Below, piece by piece: positions 17,683 to 26,265 of a stretch of DNA of 64,000 nucleotides. Below the pieces are notes generated by a model. It saw only the letters and a program-made list of their open reading frames with translations, was not told where the DNA came from and did no database searches. The translations under genes were made by a program, and so were the position numbers. This stretch comes from a virus: the IMG/VR virus record IMGVR_UViG_3300045988_114759. One strand, given 5' to 3'. The stretch's first letter is position 1. Each line of letters begins with the position of its first letter.

Positions 17683-18607
17683 ATCGGATTTAGATGGCGT
17701 TGTATCGGCAGCCATCGCAACCATGTACGAAAACAGTAAAGACAGGGATGTTATTTATATCCCGTATTCGTATGAAGATGATGTTAAGAAAGTTACCAGC
17801 AAGGTGAGTGACTTAGATGTTGTTTACGTTCTTGACGTGTCTTTTGGAGCCGATTCTAAAACGGTTTTCAAGAAGTGGCTTGATGAAGGAAAGAGCCTGA
17901 TGTGGATAGATCATCATAAGGGGATTATCGAAGATAGTAAGACATGGGGGTTCGTAGTTCCAGGGTTGAGGAGAGTCGGTACCGGTGCGTGCGCACTTGC
18001 TGCCGACCTGCTGATGGGGAAGGTGCCGGCGATCGTCCGGTGTCTGTCAGACTACGATGTGTGGAATAAAGAATCCGGTTTAGGCTGGGATACGGTAGTA
18101 GCTGTCCAGTATGCCTTGAGATCAAAAATTCGATTGAATGTGTTAATAGCATTGTCGTACTTGTATGATCACTTTAAAGAAAATATGAAAGACAATGAAA
18201 TTGATCTTATTTTTTATGATCTTGCTAAAGAAGGACGTGCTATAATTAACTACATGGCTGGTAAAAACGAAGATGAGGTAAGTAGGTGTTCGTTCGAAGC
18301 GCACGTCGATGAGGTGAAGGTTGTAGCGATGAATACCGCTGAATCAGGTTCTAAGGTATTTGATTCTCTTACACCGGACTGGTTAGACGGTAGAAAAATT
18401 AAAGCTTTGATGCCATTCTGTATCATGCCAGGTGGAAAAGTTAGGTTCTCTCTTTACAAATGCGTAGAAGACGGCGTAGATTGCTGTGAGGTAAGTAAGA
18501 GATTCGGTGGTGGAGGACATGCCGGTGCTGCTGGATTCGTTATAGACGTATCAAGCGACCAATTTAAGGACTTCCTTGAAAACCACAAACTTACTTCAAT
18601 TCAATAA
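17648..18607 (+). CDS. DHH-DHHA1 phosphoesterase (NrnA-like nanoRNase / pAp phosphatase family)
   Basis: N-terminal YHKSDLDGVVSAA (DHH motif I). MWIDHHKG (DHH motif). C-terminal GGGGHAGAAGF (the GGGH signature of DHHA1). Confidence 0.8.
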   Translation: MKVKKAAIVYHKSDLDGVVSAAIATMYENSKDRDVIYIPYSYEDDVKKVTSKVSDLDVVYVLDVSFGADSKTVFKKWLDEGKSLMWIDHHKGIIEDSKTWGFVVPGLRRVGTGACALAADLLMGKVPAIVRCLSDYDVWNKESGLGWDTVVAVQYALRSKIRLNVLIALSYLYDHFKENMKDNEIDLIFYDLAKEGRAIINYMAGKNEDEVSRCSFEAHVDEVKVVAMNTAESGSKVFDSLTPDWLDGRKIKALMPFCIMPGGKVRFSLYKCVEDGVDCCEVSKRFGGGGHAGAAGFVIDVSSDQFKDFLENHKLTSIQ

Positions 18608-18617
18608 ATTAATAAGG

Positions 18618-18662
18618 TCGTGTTTTAAATAGGATTGGTTTCTATCAATCCTATTTTTTTTT
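18618..18662 (+). terminator. intrinsic terminator after the DHH gene
   Basis: The 9-bp stem aataggatt/aatcctatt is followed by T9. Confidence 0.6.
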
Positions 18663-18679
18663 GTGTTGCGTGGAGAGGC

Positions 18680-19045
18680 GGGTGTGATGATGATAAAATG
18701 AGAAATAGGTTTGTGCGATGGGAGAGAAAGACAGAAATAGGTTTGTGTGATGTGGGAGAAAGACAGAAATAGGTTTGTGTGATGTGGGAGAAAGACAGAA
18801 ATGGGTTTGTGTGATGGGAGAGAAAGACAGAAATGGGTTTGTGTGATGGGAGAGAGGGGCAGAAATAGGTTTGTGTGATGGGAGAGAGAAAGACAGAAAT
18901 AGGTTTGTGTGATGGGAGAGAGGGGGTGTGATGATGATAAAATGAGAAATAGGTTTGTGCGATGGGAGAAAGACAGAAATAGGTTTGTGTGATGGGGGAG
19001 AGGGGGGGGGGAAATAGGTTTGTGTGATGTGGGAGAGGGGGTACC
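18680..19045. repeat. tandem direct repeat array (~10 imperfect copies of a ~32-35-bp unit GAAATAGGTTTGTGTGATGGGAGAGAAAGACA); iteron-like
   Basis: Counted directly in the sequence. Copies vary by gtg/gcg and by gggagag length. The array lies in a ~900-bp non-coding region followed by AT-rich palindromes. Confidence 0.85.
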
Positions 19046-19519
19046 TATCACGAACCTCCCGCCCCCGAAACGCGTTTTCTACCCCACACCCCCCTTCGCT
19101 TGAAAACCGGAAACGCGTTTTTACCTCAAACCTACAAACTCTCTGATTATCAATCATTTATTTAAATTATTGATAATCAATGTGTTATTATAACATATTG
19201 ATTATAAGCCACTTAAATAAGCATATATCCCACATATTAATGTACGCGTGTAATACCGCTCCTGTATGTTTTTTATAACTTGCTGATAATCAGATAATAT
19301 AATCGAAATTAATACAAATTAACAAAAAAAAGATAGCATATATATTTGTAATATTGATAAATGTCGTATATTTGCGTCGTGATCGAGAGAGATCGCAAGT
19401 TAACATGATGAGCCTATATAGTGTACCCGTTGGGCTAACTATATATGTATCTGTTAATCGCCTGCGTTGTGGGCTATTGAATTGAATATCACTTGTTTAA
19501 CAAATAAATACATAATGTT

Positions 19520-20047
19520 ATGATTACGAAAAAAAACATTAACAAGCTACAGAACGCTGTTATCAAAGAAAATGCTGCAAATTTGGTTGGTGCCGTAAAG
19601 TTATACAACGCTTTATTTGCAAATGGAGCTGATCTCAAGGCTATTTGCAAGGCCTTGGAAATACCAGCCGAATATGCTGTAAAGGTTGCATCTCTCGCTA
19701 AAGATAAAAAACGTCTGGTAGCCGTGTGTAGCCAAATGTTACCAAAGGTTGGCGATACCTTCGTAAAATTTACCTTGTATTCTAAAATATACAAAGATAG
19801 TAAGGTTAACAAGGAAAAAGGTATCGAGAATAAAGAGGTGAAAAATATCGCCTACGGTGAAGAGTATAAGCCTTTTGGGTTTGCTTCTCCCGAACCTTTG
19901 GAAGGTAAGAACAGCGCAAAGTGGCTCACTCGTGAAACCGACGAGTATAGAGCTACTTATGTAGCGACACGAATCGCTTCTTACTCAATCCGTACCATCG
20001 CAAAGTGTGTAAGTGAATACCTCGCACATGAAAGCAACCAGCAGTAA
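19520..20047 (+). CDS. hypothetical protein
   Basis: 175-aa ORF after the repeat/AT-rich region. Confidence 0.45.
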   Translation: MITKKNINKLQNAVIKENAANLVGAVKLYNALFANGADLKAICKALEIPAEYAVKVASLAKDKKRLVAVCSQMLPKVGDTFVKFTLYSKIYKDSKVNKEKGIENKEVKNIAYGEEYKPFGFASPEPLEGKNSAKWLTRETDEYRATYVATRIASYSIRTIAKCVSEYLAHESNQQ

Positions 20048-20544
20048 CAAGGCACGGAGAGCGCCGTTAAGCTCTCCAAAGGTTTGACGCGTACCGTTAA
20101 ACGTGTCTGTACGCCGTTGTCAGTGGGTGCACGTCCCGCGTATGCTTTAGACTGAAGCTGACAAAATAGAGAGTTATTTTACATATTGGAGATAGATATA
20201 CCATTGCCCTTGCCGTTGGCAATTAAAGGGCCGGTATTACTGCATGGACTATCCGAATAGGTATGGTTTATGTTAGGTATGTGAGTATAGTTTAGAAAAT
20301 ATACCGTTGTACGAGGTTTGTCTCCGTTCGGGAACGTGTCTTACTTGCCTACACGTAAAATAGGACAAGGCTGTAGATTAAATTACAGGGTATGAGCATG
20401 TAACCTATCATGTAGGAGCATCTTATATCAAAACGCAAGGACACAATCGCCTTTATTTGTGGCTAAATTGTGTAGCAGACGGAAAATATAATAACAACAT
20501 AGTACGGGCCTGTACGCAAGAACTACGTACTAATTACGGGCTGT

Positions 20545-20608
20545 TGGTTGTAGCATAAAATCTCTATAGGATAGGAATGCGTGTCCGGTTCGATTCCGGA
20601 GCAACCTC
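20545..20608 (+). other. tRNA-3'-half-like element (T-arm tccgg-TTCGATT-ccgga plus acceptor-like stem tggttgt/gcaacct), too short to be a full tRNA
   Basis: Only 32 nt separate the acceptor 5' strand and the T-stem, where about 41 are needed. The element lies immediately upstream of the small ORF at 20632. Confidence 0.4.
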
Positions 20609-20631
20609 TAAATTATAAACAATATAATAAC

Positions 20632-20838
20632 ATGGAAAGGAAATTTAAATCTTATATGGTAGACGTCCGCGGTCTGTCCAGGAAAGAAGCTAAAGAAAAG
20701 CGGAAAAGAGCGTATCGTGAATTTATGTTGTATCGTGATCTTAAAGAAGCGTATCATGCCGATACCGGAAAAGAAAAGTGCAAGCGTAAAGTTCATACGT
20801 CAAGAACGTACGTTAAGGAAAATATAAACAGTATTTAA
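20632..20838 (+). CDS. small basic protein (68 aa)
   Basis: The ATG at 20632 is preferred over the GTG-initiated extension listed from 20581, because that extension reads through the tRNA-like element. Confidence 0.4.
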   Translation: MERKFKSYMVDVRGLSRKEAKEKRKRAYREFMLYRDLKEAYHADTGKEKCKRKVHTSRTYVKENINSI

Positions 20839-20842
20839 ATAG

Positions 20843-20885
20843 GAATAGGGTTGTTTCGAATATCGGAGCAGCCCTATTTTTGTAT
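20843..20885 (+). terminator. putative intrinsic terminator
   Basis: Stem atagggttg/cagccctat followed by TTTTTG. Confidence 0.4.
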
Positions 20886-21204
20886 CCTACTCTTTCTATT
20901 TACGGGTAGGATATTCTGAGAGTGAACACGACGACAAACAAGGTAGGAATGCGTATATTGGTTCAAATCGAAACAAAAATAAGGCTGTTTGGATATAATT
21001 CCGGTATTTTGTCTATATCATGTCGTTAAAATTGGTCTAAAACGAAACTTTAGGCGGTTTTCTGACCCAAAATAGGGCGTCAGATGCCGCCTTTTTCGTC
21101 TCTATGGATTGAAAATTAGGCTTATTGTATTTTTCTTAAAAATGAGGTATGCTTGATTATCAATTAGTTAGATTTTATAATCCCCGTATTTTCGGGCATA
21201 CTTA

Positions 21205-21390
21205 TTGTATTTTTTTTATTTTATGTGGTGGTTTTTATTAGTGGCTGACTTGTATTTTCTGTCGGTTGGTATTCGTTCTATGTTAGAGTACGGGCCGGAT
21301 CAGTATAATATCGTAATGGTCTTTTGCTTTTCTTTATTGGCTTTGATTATAGGCTTAAATATCTATCTTGATAGGAGGAGCAGACGGTAG
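21205..21390 (+). CDS. small membrane protein (2 predicted TM helices)
   Basis: 61 aa with two hydrophobic stretches (FMWWFLLVADLYFLSVGI and VMVFCFSLLALIIGLNIYL). Confidence 0.3.
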   Translation: MYFFYFMWWFLLVADLYFLSVGIRSMLEYGPDQYNIVMVFCFSLLALIIGLNIYLDRRSRR

Positions 21391-21576
21391 GGCGTGTGCT
21401 GAAGACTCTCTATTCTCTCTATGGAATGATATTATCTCCAAACACCCCACACTTCATGCCAGAGTATAAGCTTGTAGCGCTCTTCGTATGCCGGTAGTGA
21501 GGCGGTAGGGCGCAGGTTCTATGCGGAAAGATAGAGGATTAGACGGGGTGGGATTGGGGGAGAGGGAGGGCACTCT

Positions 21577-21850
21577 CCTCCAACAAAATTCAATAGATCA
21601 GAGCTTTAAAACAGCCAACAAAACTCAATAGATCAGAGCTTTAAAACAGCATTTTGTGGTTTCTTCCAACAAAATTCAATAGATCAGAGCTTTAAAACAG
21701 CCAACAAAATTCAATAGATCAACGTTTTAAAACAGCATTTTGTAGTTTCTTCCAACAAAATTCAACAGATCAACGTTTTAAAACAGCATAATGTAGGATT
21801 TTCCAACAAAATTAAGACTTACAGCGTTTTTAAAACAGTATTCTGTAGGT
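21577..21850. repeat. second tandem repeat array (~7 copies of ~35-bp unit CCAACAAAATTCAATAGATCAGAGCTTTAAAACAG, alternating with CATTTTGTGGTTTCTT spacers)
   Basis: Counted directly in the sequence. Preceded by the G-rich tract gggtgggattgggggagagggaggg at 21545-21570. Confidence 0.85.
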
Positions 21851-21920
21851 AAGAGTTAAGGACTGCATTATGTGAGTATTTTTTTTAATCGGAATGTATA
21901 ACAATTAAAACATAAACAAC

Positions 21921-22181
21921 ATGAACGTATATGACTTTGCGCCTGACTTAGATTTGAGTAAGGAGGGAGAAGGTTCTATTTTTGGAGTGAAAGGAATAGA
22001 AGGTAGTGATGGTATAGTATATGCTAAGGTAGTTAGCTGTGCAGAAGTTAAGGATTACAGTTGTGATAGGTGTATTTTTTATGATTGTTATAAGGATAAA
22101 TGTTTGTTATCGCGTAGTAATAGTTGTATAGATGGAGACTGGTGTTGTAGGTACGAACAGGCTGCCATAGAGGGGGAGTAG
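21921..22181 (+). CDS. small cysteine-rich protein (10 Cys in 86 aa)
   Basis: C...C..C....C....C......C....CC pattern. Possibly metal-binding. Confidence 0.4.
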   Translation: MNVYDFAPDLDLSKEGEGSIFGVKGIEGSDGIVYAKVVSCAEVKDYSCDRCIFYDCYKDKCLLSRSNSCIDGDWCCRYEQAAIEGE

Positions 22182-22213
22182 GCGGCGCCTTGGGCTAAGG
22201 CCTGCGGTTGTAG

Positions 22214-22537
22214 GTGGAACGTAGGTCGGAGCAGAGCCAGGACAGTTTATTGTGGAACGTAAAAAGAAAAAAGATGGAAAGGACAATACATTATATTTGG
22301 ATAAATTGGGTATCTTCTACAGGTTCGGAAAGTAGTAGGCTAATAAGCAACAGGTCTATGCCGGTATCAGATGCCAAAGAGATGATATTAAGAACGAGTG
22401 CTAAAGAATTGCTTAAATACAGACCGAGTTGGTTAAAGGACTGTGTTCGTATTAGTGTAAGTGCACAGGATATTACGACCGGAGAGATCCTGTATAGAAG
22501 AACTATAAACATAAAGAAGAAGGAGATAGCGATATGA
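22214..22537 (+). CDS. hypothetical protein
   Basis: 107-aa ORF. Confidence 0.4.
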   Translation: MERRSEQSQDSLLWNVKRKKMERTIHYIWINWVSSTGSESSRLISNRSMPVSDAKEMILRTSAKELLKYRPSWLKDCVRISVSAQDITTGEILYRRTINIKKKEIAI

Positions 22538-22656
22538 AAAAGGCATTTAAGATATTTTCTATTATGTTTGTCATAGAAATAGTGCTGATAGCTATTTTAG
22601 ATGCTATGGCGTAAGTGAGAAAAATTTCTTCATTAATTTTCTTATGCTTTAAACAG

Positions 22657-22684
22657 AGTGCTCCCGTCTGCGAAGATCGGAGCA
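22657..22684 (+). other. hairpin with conserved loop GTCTGCGAAGAT (copy 1)
   Basis: The gtgctcc...ggagcac stem shares its loop sequence with the terminator hairpin at 27145. Confidence 0.4.
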
Positions 22685-22693
22685 CTTGCTTTA

Positions 22694-22738
22694 TGGGATT
22701 CATGGTGCGGTAGGTCGGTTCGATTCCGGCGATCTCAC
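22694..22738 (+). other. tRNA-3'-half-like element (gtcgg-TTCGATT-ccggc T-arm, tgggatt/gatctca acceptor-like stem)
   Basis: Only 13 nt separate the 5' acceptor-like strand and the T-stem. The element sits immediately upstream of the ORF at 22768. Confidence 0.4.
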
Positions 22739-22767
22739 ACAACATTAAAAACAAAGGAGGAAAGAAA

Positions 22768-23109
22768 ATGAAAGATGGCATTAAATTGCATCCAGAACAC
22801 GGATTGAATCCGTCTATAGAAGTCTGCATGATATGTGGCGAAGAGATGGGGATTGCTTTATTAGGGAATAACATCAAGGGGCAGGCGCCGCATCATATAT
22901 GCACGGGCGAAGTATGTGACAATTGCAAAAAGATAATAGATGATGGAGGTTGTTTTATTATCGAAGTCGAGGATGGATCAGATCAAAAGAATCCGTATCG
23001 TACAGGAAGATATTGTGCGATAAAGAAAGAGGCGGCAAAGAAAATGTTTGGACAGGAGCATAATATTGTGTACATGGAAAAGTCTGCGTACAATCTAATA
23101 ATACCATAA
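22768..23109 (+). CDS. zinc-binding protein (CxxC...HH.C...C..C)
   Basis: 113 aa with the motif CMICGEE...HHICTGEVCDNCKK. Preceded by an AAAGGAGG ribosome-binding site. Confidence 0.45.
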   Translation: MKDGIKLHPEHGLNPSIEVCMICGEEMGIALLGNNIKGQAPHHICTGEVCDNCKKIIDDGGCFIIEVEDGSDQKNPYRTGRYCAIKKEAAKKMFGQEHNIVYMEKSAYNLIIP

Positions 23110-23210
23110 AAATGAAGAGAGATATGTTTACAAAAGAAGAGCGATTATTCATATGGAAAAAGGTATATGCTGTATCATAGAGGGGATGACGCGGCGTGCC
23201 GGTATGTATG

Positions 23211-23245
23211 TGTCGGTTCTGGTTCGATTCTGGGCATCTCACAAA
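23211..23245 (+). other. degenerate third copy of the TTCGATTC..GG/ATCTCACAAACA motif
   Basis: Shares TTCGATTC and ATCTCACA(A/C)AACA with the 22694 copy. Sits upstream of the ORF at 23264. Confidence 0.35.
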
Positions 23246-23263
23246 CAATAAAACAAAAGAGTT

Positions 23264-23494
23264 ATGAGAATATACAAGAATGATATTATAAAGGCGTCAG
23301 CGATAAACACCGGCGCAGACAGAGGTGTGTTACTGTGTTCAATAACAGATTCAGGATTCACGTCTATAGCGGGCGTAATATCGGCTGTTAAGGATAAGTT
23401 ACCAGGCAAAGATCATAAGAAGATGATTTTTGAAATACGGAATGATGGAAGAAACGAATATGGTAGATATAATAATTGTGGAGGAAAAATATGA
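23264..23494 (+). CDS. hypothetical protein
   Basis: 76-aa ORF. Confidence 0.35.
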   Translation: MRIYKNDIIKASAINTGADRGVLLCSITDSGFTSIAGVISAVKDKLPGKDHKKMIFEIRNDGRNEYGRYNNCGGKI

Positions 23495-23766
23495 AATACA
23501 GAGGTCTGTTGCTCCCTATGATATTAGCTGCAATGTGCGGAGATGATGCCTTTGTGCTAAATACTAAAAGGGGAAAAGGAATGCAATCTACATATAGAAG
23601 AGAAAAGATTGTCAGAACAGAAAAAGAATTTGATATTAATGGTACTAAAGTAATGGCATACTCAAGAAAGGATGCCATTAAGAGATTAAAACATAAGAAG
23701 TGGAAAACGTATTTTTATGTTAATGTTAGTTTTTTCATTTTTATTGAAAGGAGCGCCGGCCCGTGA
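23476..23766 (+). CDS. hypothetical protein
   Basis: 96-aa ORF overlapping the previous stop. Confidence 0.35.
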   Translation: MWRKNMKYRGLLLPMILAAMCGDDAFVLNTKRGKGMQSTYRREKIVRTEKEFDINGTKVMAYSRKDAIKRLKHKKWKTYFYVNVSFFIFIERSAGP

Positions 23767-24003
23767 AGGTATGCGCTCTTTGTATTTGTATAATGCTTGA
23801 CATACTCCCATCGCTAAAGCAAACGGGATTCTTGGATACAAACGTACGGAACCCCCGGTTTTACAATCGTTGGAATCACCCGCACTTTCCAACTCGGAAA
23901 TGCCCTTCCGAGGTCGCAAGACAGGGCAAATATAATGTTTAATTATCATCTGACACATAAATGGGATCAGTATTACCATTAAATAACATAAAACAATAAT
24001 AAT

Positions 24004-24258
24004 ATGACAGATAATAACATAGATGTGAATATCGTACCTGTAAGGAATGGCGCGAAACGTGTTGTGGTATCATATTACCATTATTCACGCAAGGGCAAAA
24101 ATCATATGAGTTCCCAAACGGATTACGTTTGGGAAACAAAGAATGAAGAAATGTTTAAATACTTTGAGGCCAGGAGGACAAAAGTATTTTATAGTCAGAT
24201 TCGTGCCATGTGTAGATTCTATGGCAAGAAAAATGTACGTAAATACAAAAAGCTATGA
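24004..24258 (+). CDS. hypothetical protein
   Basis: 84-aa ORF. Confidence 0.35.
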   Translation: MTDNNIDVNIVPVRNGAKRVVVSYYHYSRKGKNHMSSQTDYVWETKNEEMFKYFEARRTKVFYSQIRAMCRFYGKKNVRKYKKL

Positions 24259-25064
24259 TATTAAAAACGACAACCAATGAGTTTTGTTTCATTAACGTAA
24301 GTTTCTATGAAACAATAGCAGATCCTCGCTATTTCTTTGAACAGGATTATGAAGAGATGCCGGAATATGAGGAAGAATCGGATTTTGATTTTGATTCTTA
24401 TTGCAATAAGTTTATTCCTTTTGTACAGGAATGGGCGAATAAGGTGGGCGAACGCCTTTATGAATATGGTGTGAATAACATAAAGGTAATATCGGTCGGA
24501 CATCCAAATGAATACAATTATGGTACCGATTGGATAAACGTAGAGGTAGAGTTTTGTGATGAATGGAGGCAAAAGATGTTATCTAACATTGGTAAGATTG
24601 TTAATGATGATAAATGCGAGAAGTATGCGGAGGCTAATTATCGGTCGGTATCAGGATGCATCTTTTTAGGACCTGAAGATTTAAAGGAATTTGAAAAGAA
24701 AATAATAGAAAGAAAGTCAGATTCGGGATATGATGCAACAATATTATTAAATATGTATCTAACTTTGGCTTTTGTAAAAGAATTTGGATTTAAAGCCGGA
24801 GAAGCGTGGAGTGAAATAACAGAATATGCTTACGGATGTTTATCGTATTCCGATTTTGCAACAACAGAGATGCTTATACCGGAAGGTTCGGAGCATTTAT
24901 TCAAAGACATTTACACGGCAAAGGCCGACGAATTATATCATCATGTCCTGGATAAATTCGGATGGGCGTGGCGTGATCCGAAATATAAATCAGAAACAGA
25001 ATTATGCTCGATGTTAAAATGGGCAAAAGAAAAAGGCTTGACCATTGAAGAGTTAAGTATTTAA
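24255..25064 (+). CDS. hypothetical protein (269 aa)
   Basis: ATGA overlap with the upstream ORF. No motif. Confidence 0.45.
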   Translation: MILKTTTNEFCFINVSFYETIADPRYFFEQDYEEMPEYEEESDFDFDSYCNKFIPFVQEWANKVGERLYEYGVNNIKVISVGHPNEYNYGTDWINVEVEFCDEWRQKMLSNIGKIVNDDKCEKYAEANYRSVSGCIFLGPEDLKEFEKKIIERKSDSGYDATILLNMYLTLAFVKEFGFKAGEAWSEITEYAYGCLSYSDFATTEMLIPEGSEHLFKDIYTAKADELYHHVLDKFGWAWRDPKYKSETELCSMLKWAKEKGLTIEELSI

Positions 25065-25091
25065 TTGTTAAACATAAGGCAGTAGTGGTGC

Positions 25092-25376
25092 GTGAGTATA
25101 GGTGCTGCCGTTAAAATATTTTATAAGATGAAAAAAGAAGAGATTCAAACTATTTTATACACAATCAAAGAAGGAGACAGTATTAAAATCAAAGTACAAG
25201 ACAAAAGTGAAGAGATAAGATTGCGGGATCATGTAAGAAGAACGCAGAAATACGGATACAGGTTTTGTTTGTCTCATTTGCATGATGGAATTTTCTATTT
25301 GGAGAAGTTGGAAGAGGGAGATAAAGATAAATACTATAGAGTAATAAACAGAGGAAATGGAAAGACCGGAGTATAA
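25092..25376 (+). CDS. hypothetical protein
   Basis: 94-aa ORF. Confidence 0.35.
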   Translation: MSIGAAVKIFYKMKKEEIQTILYTIKEGDSIKIKVQDKSEEIRLRDHVRRTQKYGYRFCLSHLHDGIFYLEKLEEGDKDKYYRVINRGNGKTGV

Positions 25377-25600
25377 TAAGCTACGCAAAATGGCTAAGAC
25401 TACCCCAGGTCTGATAGTGGACGAGGCGCAAAACATGATGCGTGTATCGCTATACGATAATGGGGAACTTAAGAAGGTGGCAGTAGTAATGAAATGCGAT
25501 TCTTTTTTACAGTCAAAAAGTAACATAGAAAAGATAATGTTATTATCATCTTCCATAGAAGATAGAAAAAACAAAGAAAAAAATAAAACAAAATCAGAAA

Positions 25601-25984
25601 ATGAACAGAATAACAAAAATAAGAGAAGAAATAGGAGGAAAACAGGTTGATTTGACCTTTTACGGGCGCTTTTGCAGCCTTATCGAAGATGATAGAAAGA
25701 TAATACTAAGGGCGATAAAAAACGGTCGTAAGAAGGGCGTAATTGGAGCCATTCAGCCTGGGAGACATGATAGAATTTGGACCACATGGTCTATTGCTTT
25801 TGATGATTTGAAGGTAGGGGATACGGTAGAGTTCAGTACATCTGGAAAATACAATCCCGGATTTCATGCTACGGAAAAGTATGTAGGGTGTGTAGAATGG
25901 ATAAAAGGATCGGAATGTGCGATAAAAACCGGCAATGGAATGGCGGTAGTATTAATTAAACACATAGAAAGGGTAGTAAAATGA
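25601..25984 (+). CDS. hypothetical protein
   Basis: 127-aa ORF. Confidence 0.4.
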   Translation: MNRITKIREEIGGKQVDLTFYGRFCSLIEDDRKIILRAIKNGRKKGVIGAIQPGRHDRIWTTWSIAFDDLKVGDTVEFSTSGKYNPGFHATEKYVGCVEWIKGSECAIKTGNGMAVVLIKHIERVVK

Positions 25985-26265
25985 TGGGGTTGAGAGAATT
26001 TGTAGAACTTTTTGACAAGAATGAAGTAAAGAATTTGTTTAATGCATTGTCTTCATGTATAGAATACGTAAGGATAGATTTGCATGTATTTAATATAGGT
26101 GCTCATGTTGCGTGTCTGTACAGTAATGATCCTGAATTGCTTTCACAGGCAGAAGGTTGTAATGTGAATATGATAATAGAGGTACCCTACTTGTTTGAAG
26201 CATTTATGGAATACGCTTCACCGGAACTGAAAGCTTATTATGATGAACTAACAAAAGAAGTATGA
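25981..26265 (+). CDS. hypothetical protein
   Basis: 94 aa with an ATGA overlap. Confidence 0.4.
   Translation: MMGLREFVELFDKNEVKNLFNALSSCIEYVRIDLHVFNIGAHVACLYSNDPELLSQAEGCNVNMIIEVPYLFEAFMEYASPELKAYYDELTKEV

Noticed and set aside
18680-19045. CRISPR array interpretation of the tandem repeats
   Set aside because: The units are directly adjacent with no unique spacers. The copies are imperfect variants of one another rather than identical repeats interleaved with spacers.
18596-19157. Two minus-strand ORFs (151 and 168 aa) with HKPIS/SHHTNLFLSFS peptide repeats
   Set aside because: They are translations of the tandem DNA repeat array. Their periodicity equals the DNA unit, and there is no start context or ribosome-binding site.
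20581-20631. N-terminal extension MSGSIPEQPLNYKQYNN of the ORF listed at 20581
   Set aside because: It would start at a GTG and read through the tRNA-like T-arm element. The downstream ATG at 20632 begins a compact basic protein and is more plausible.
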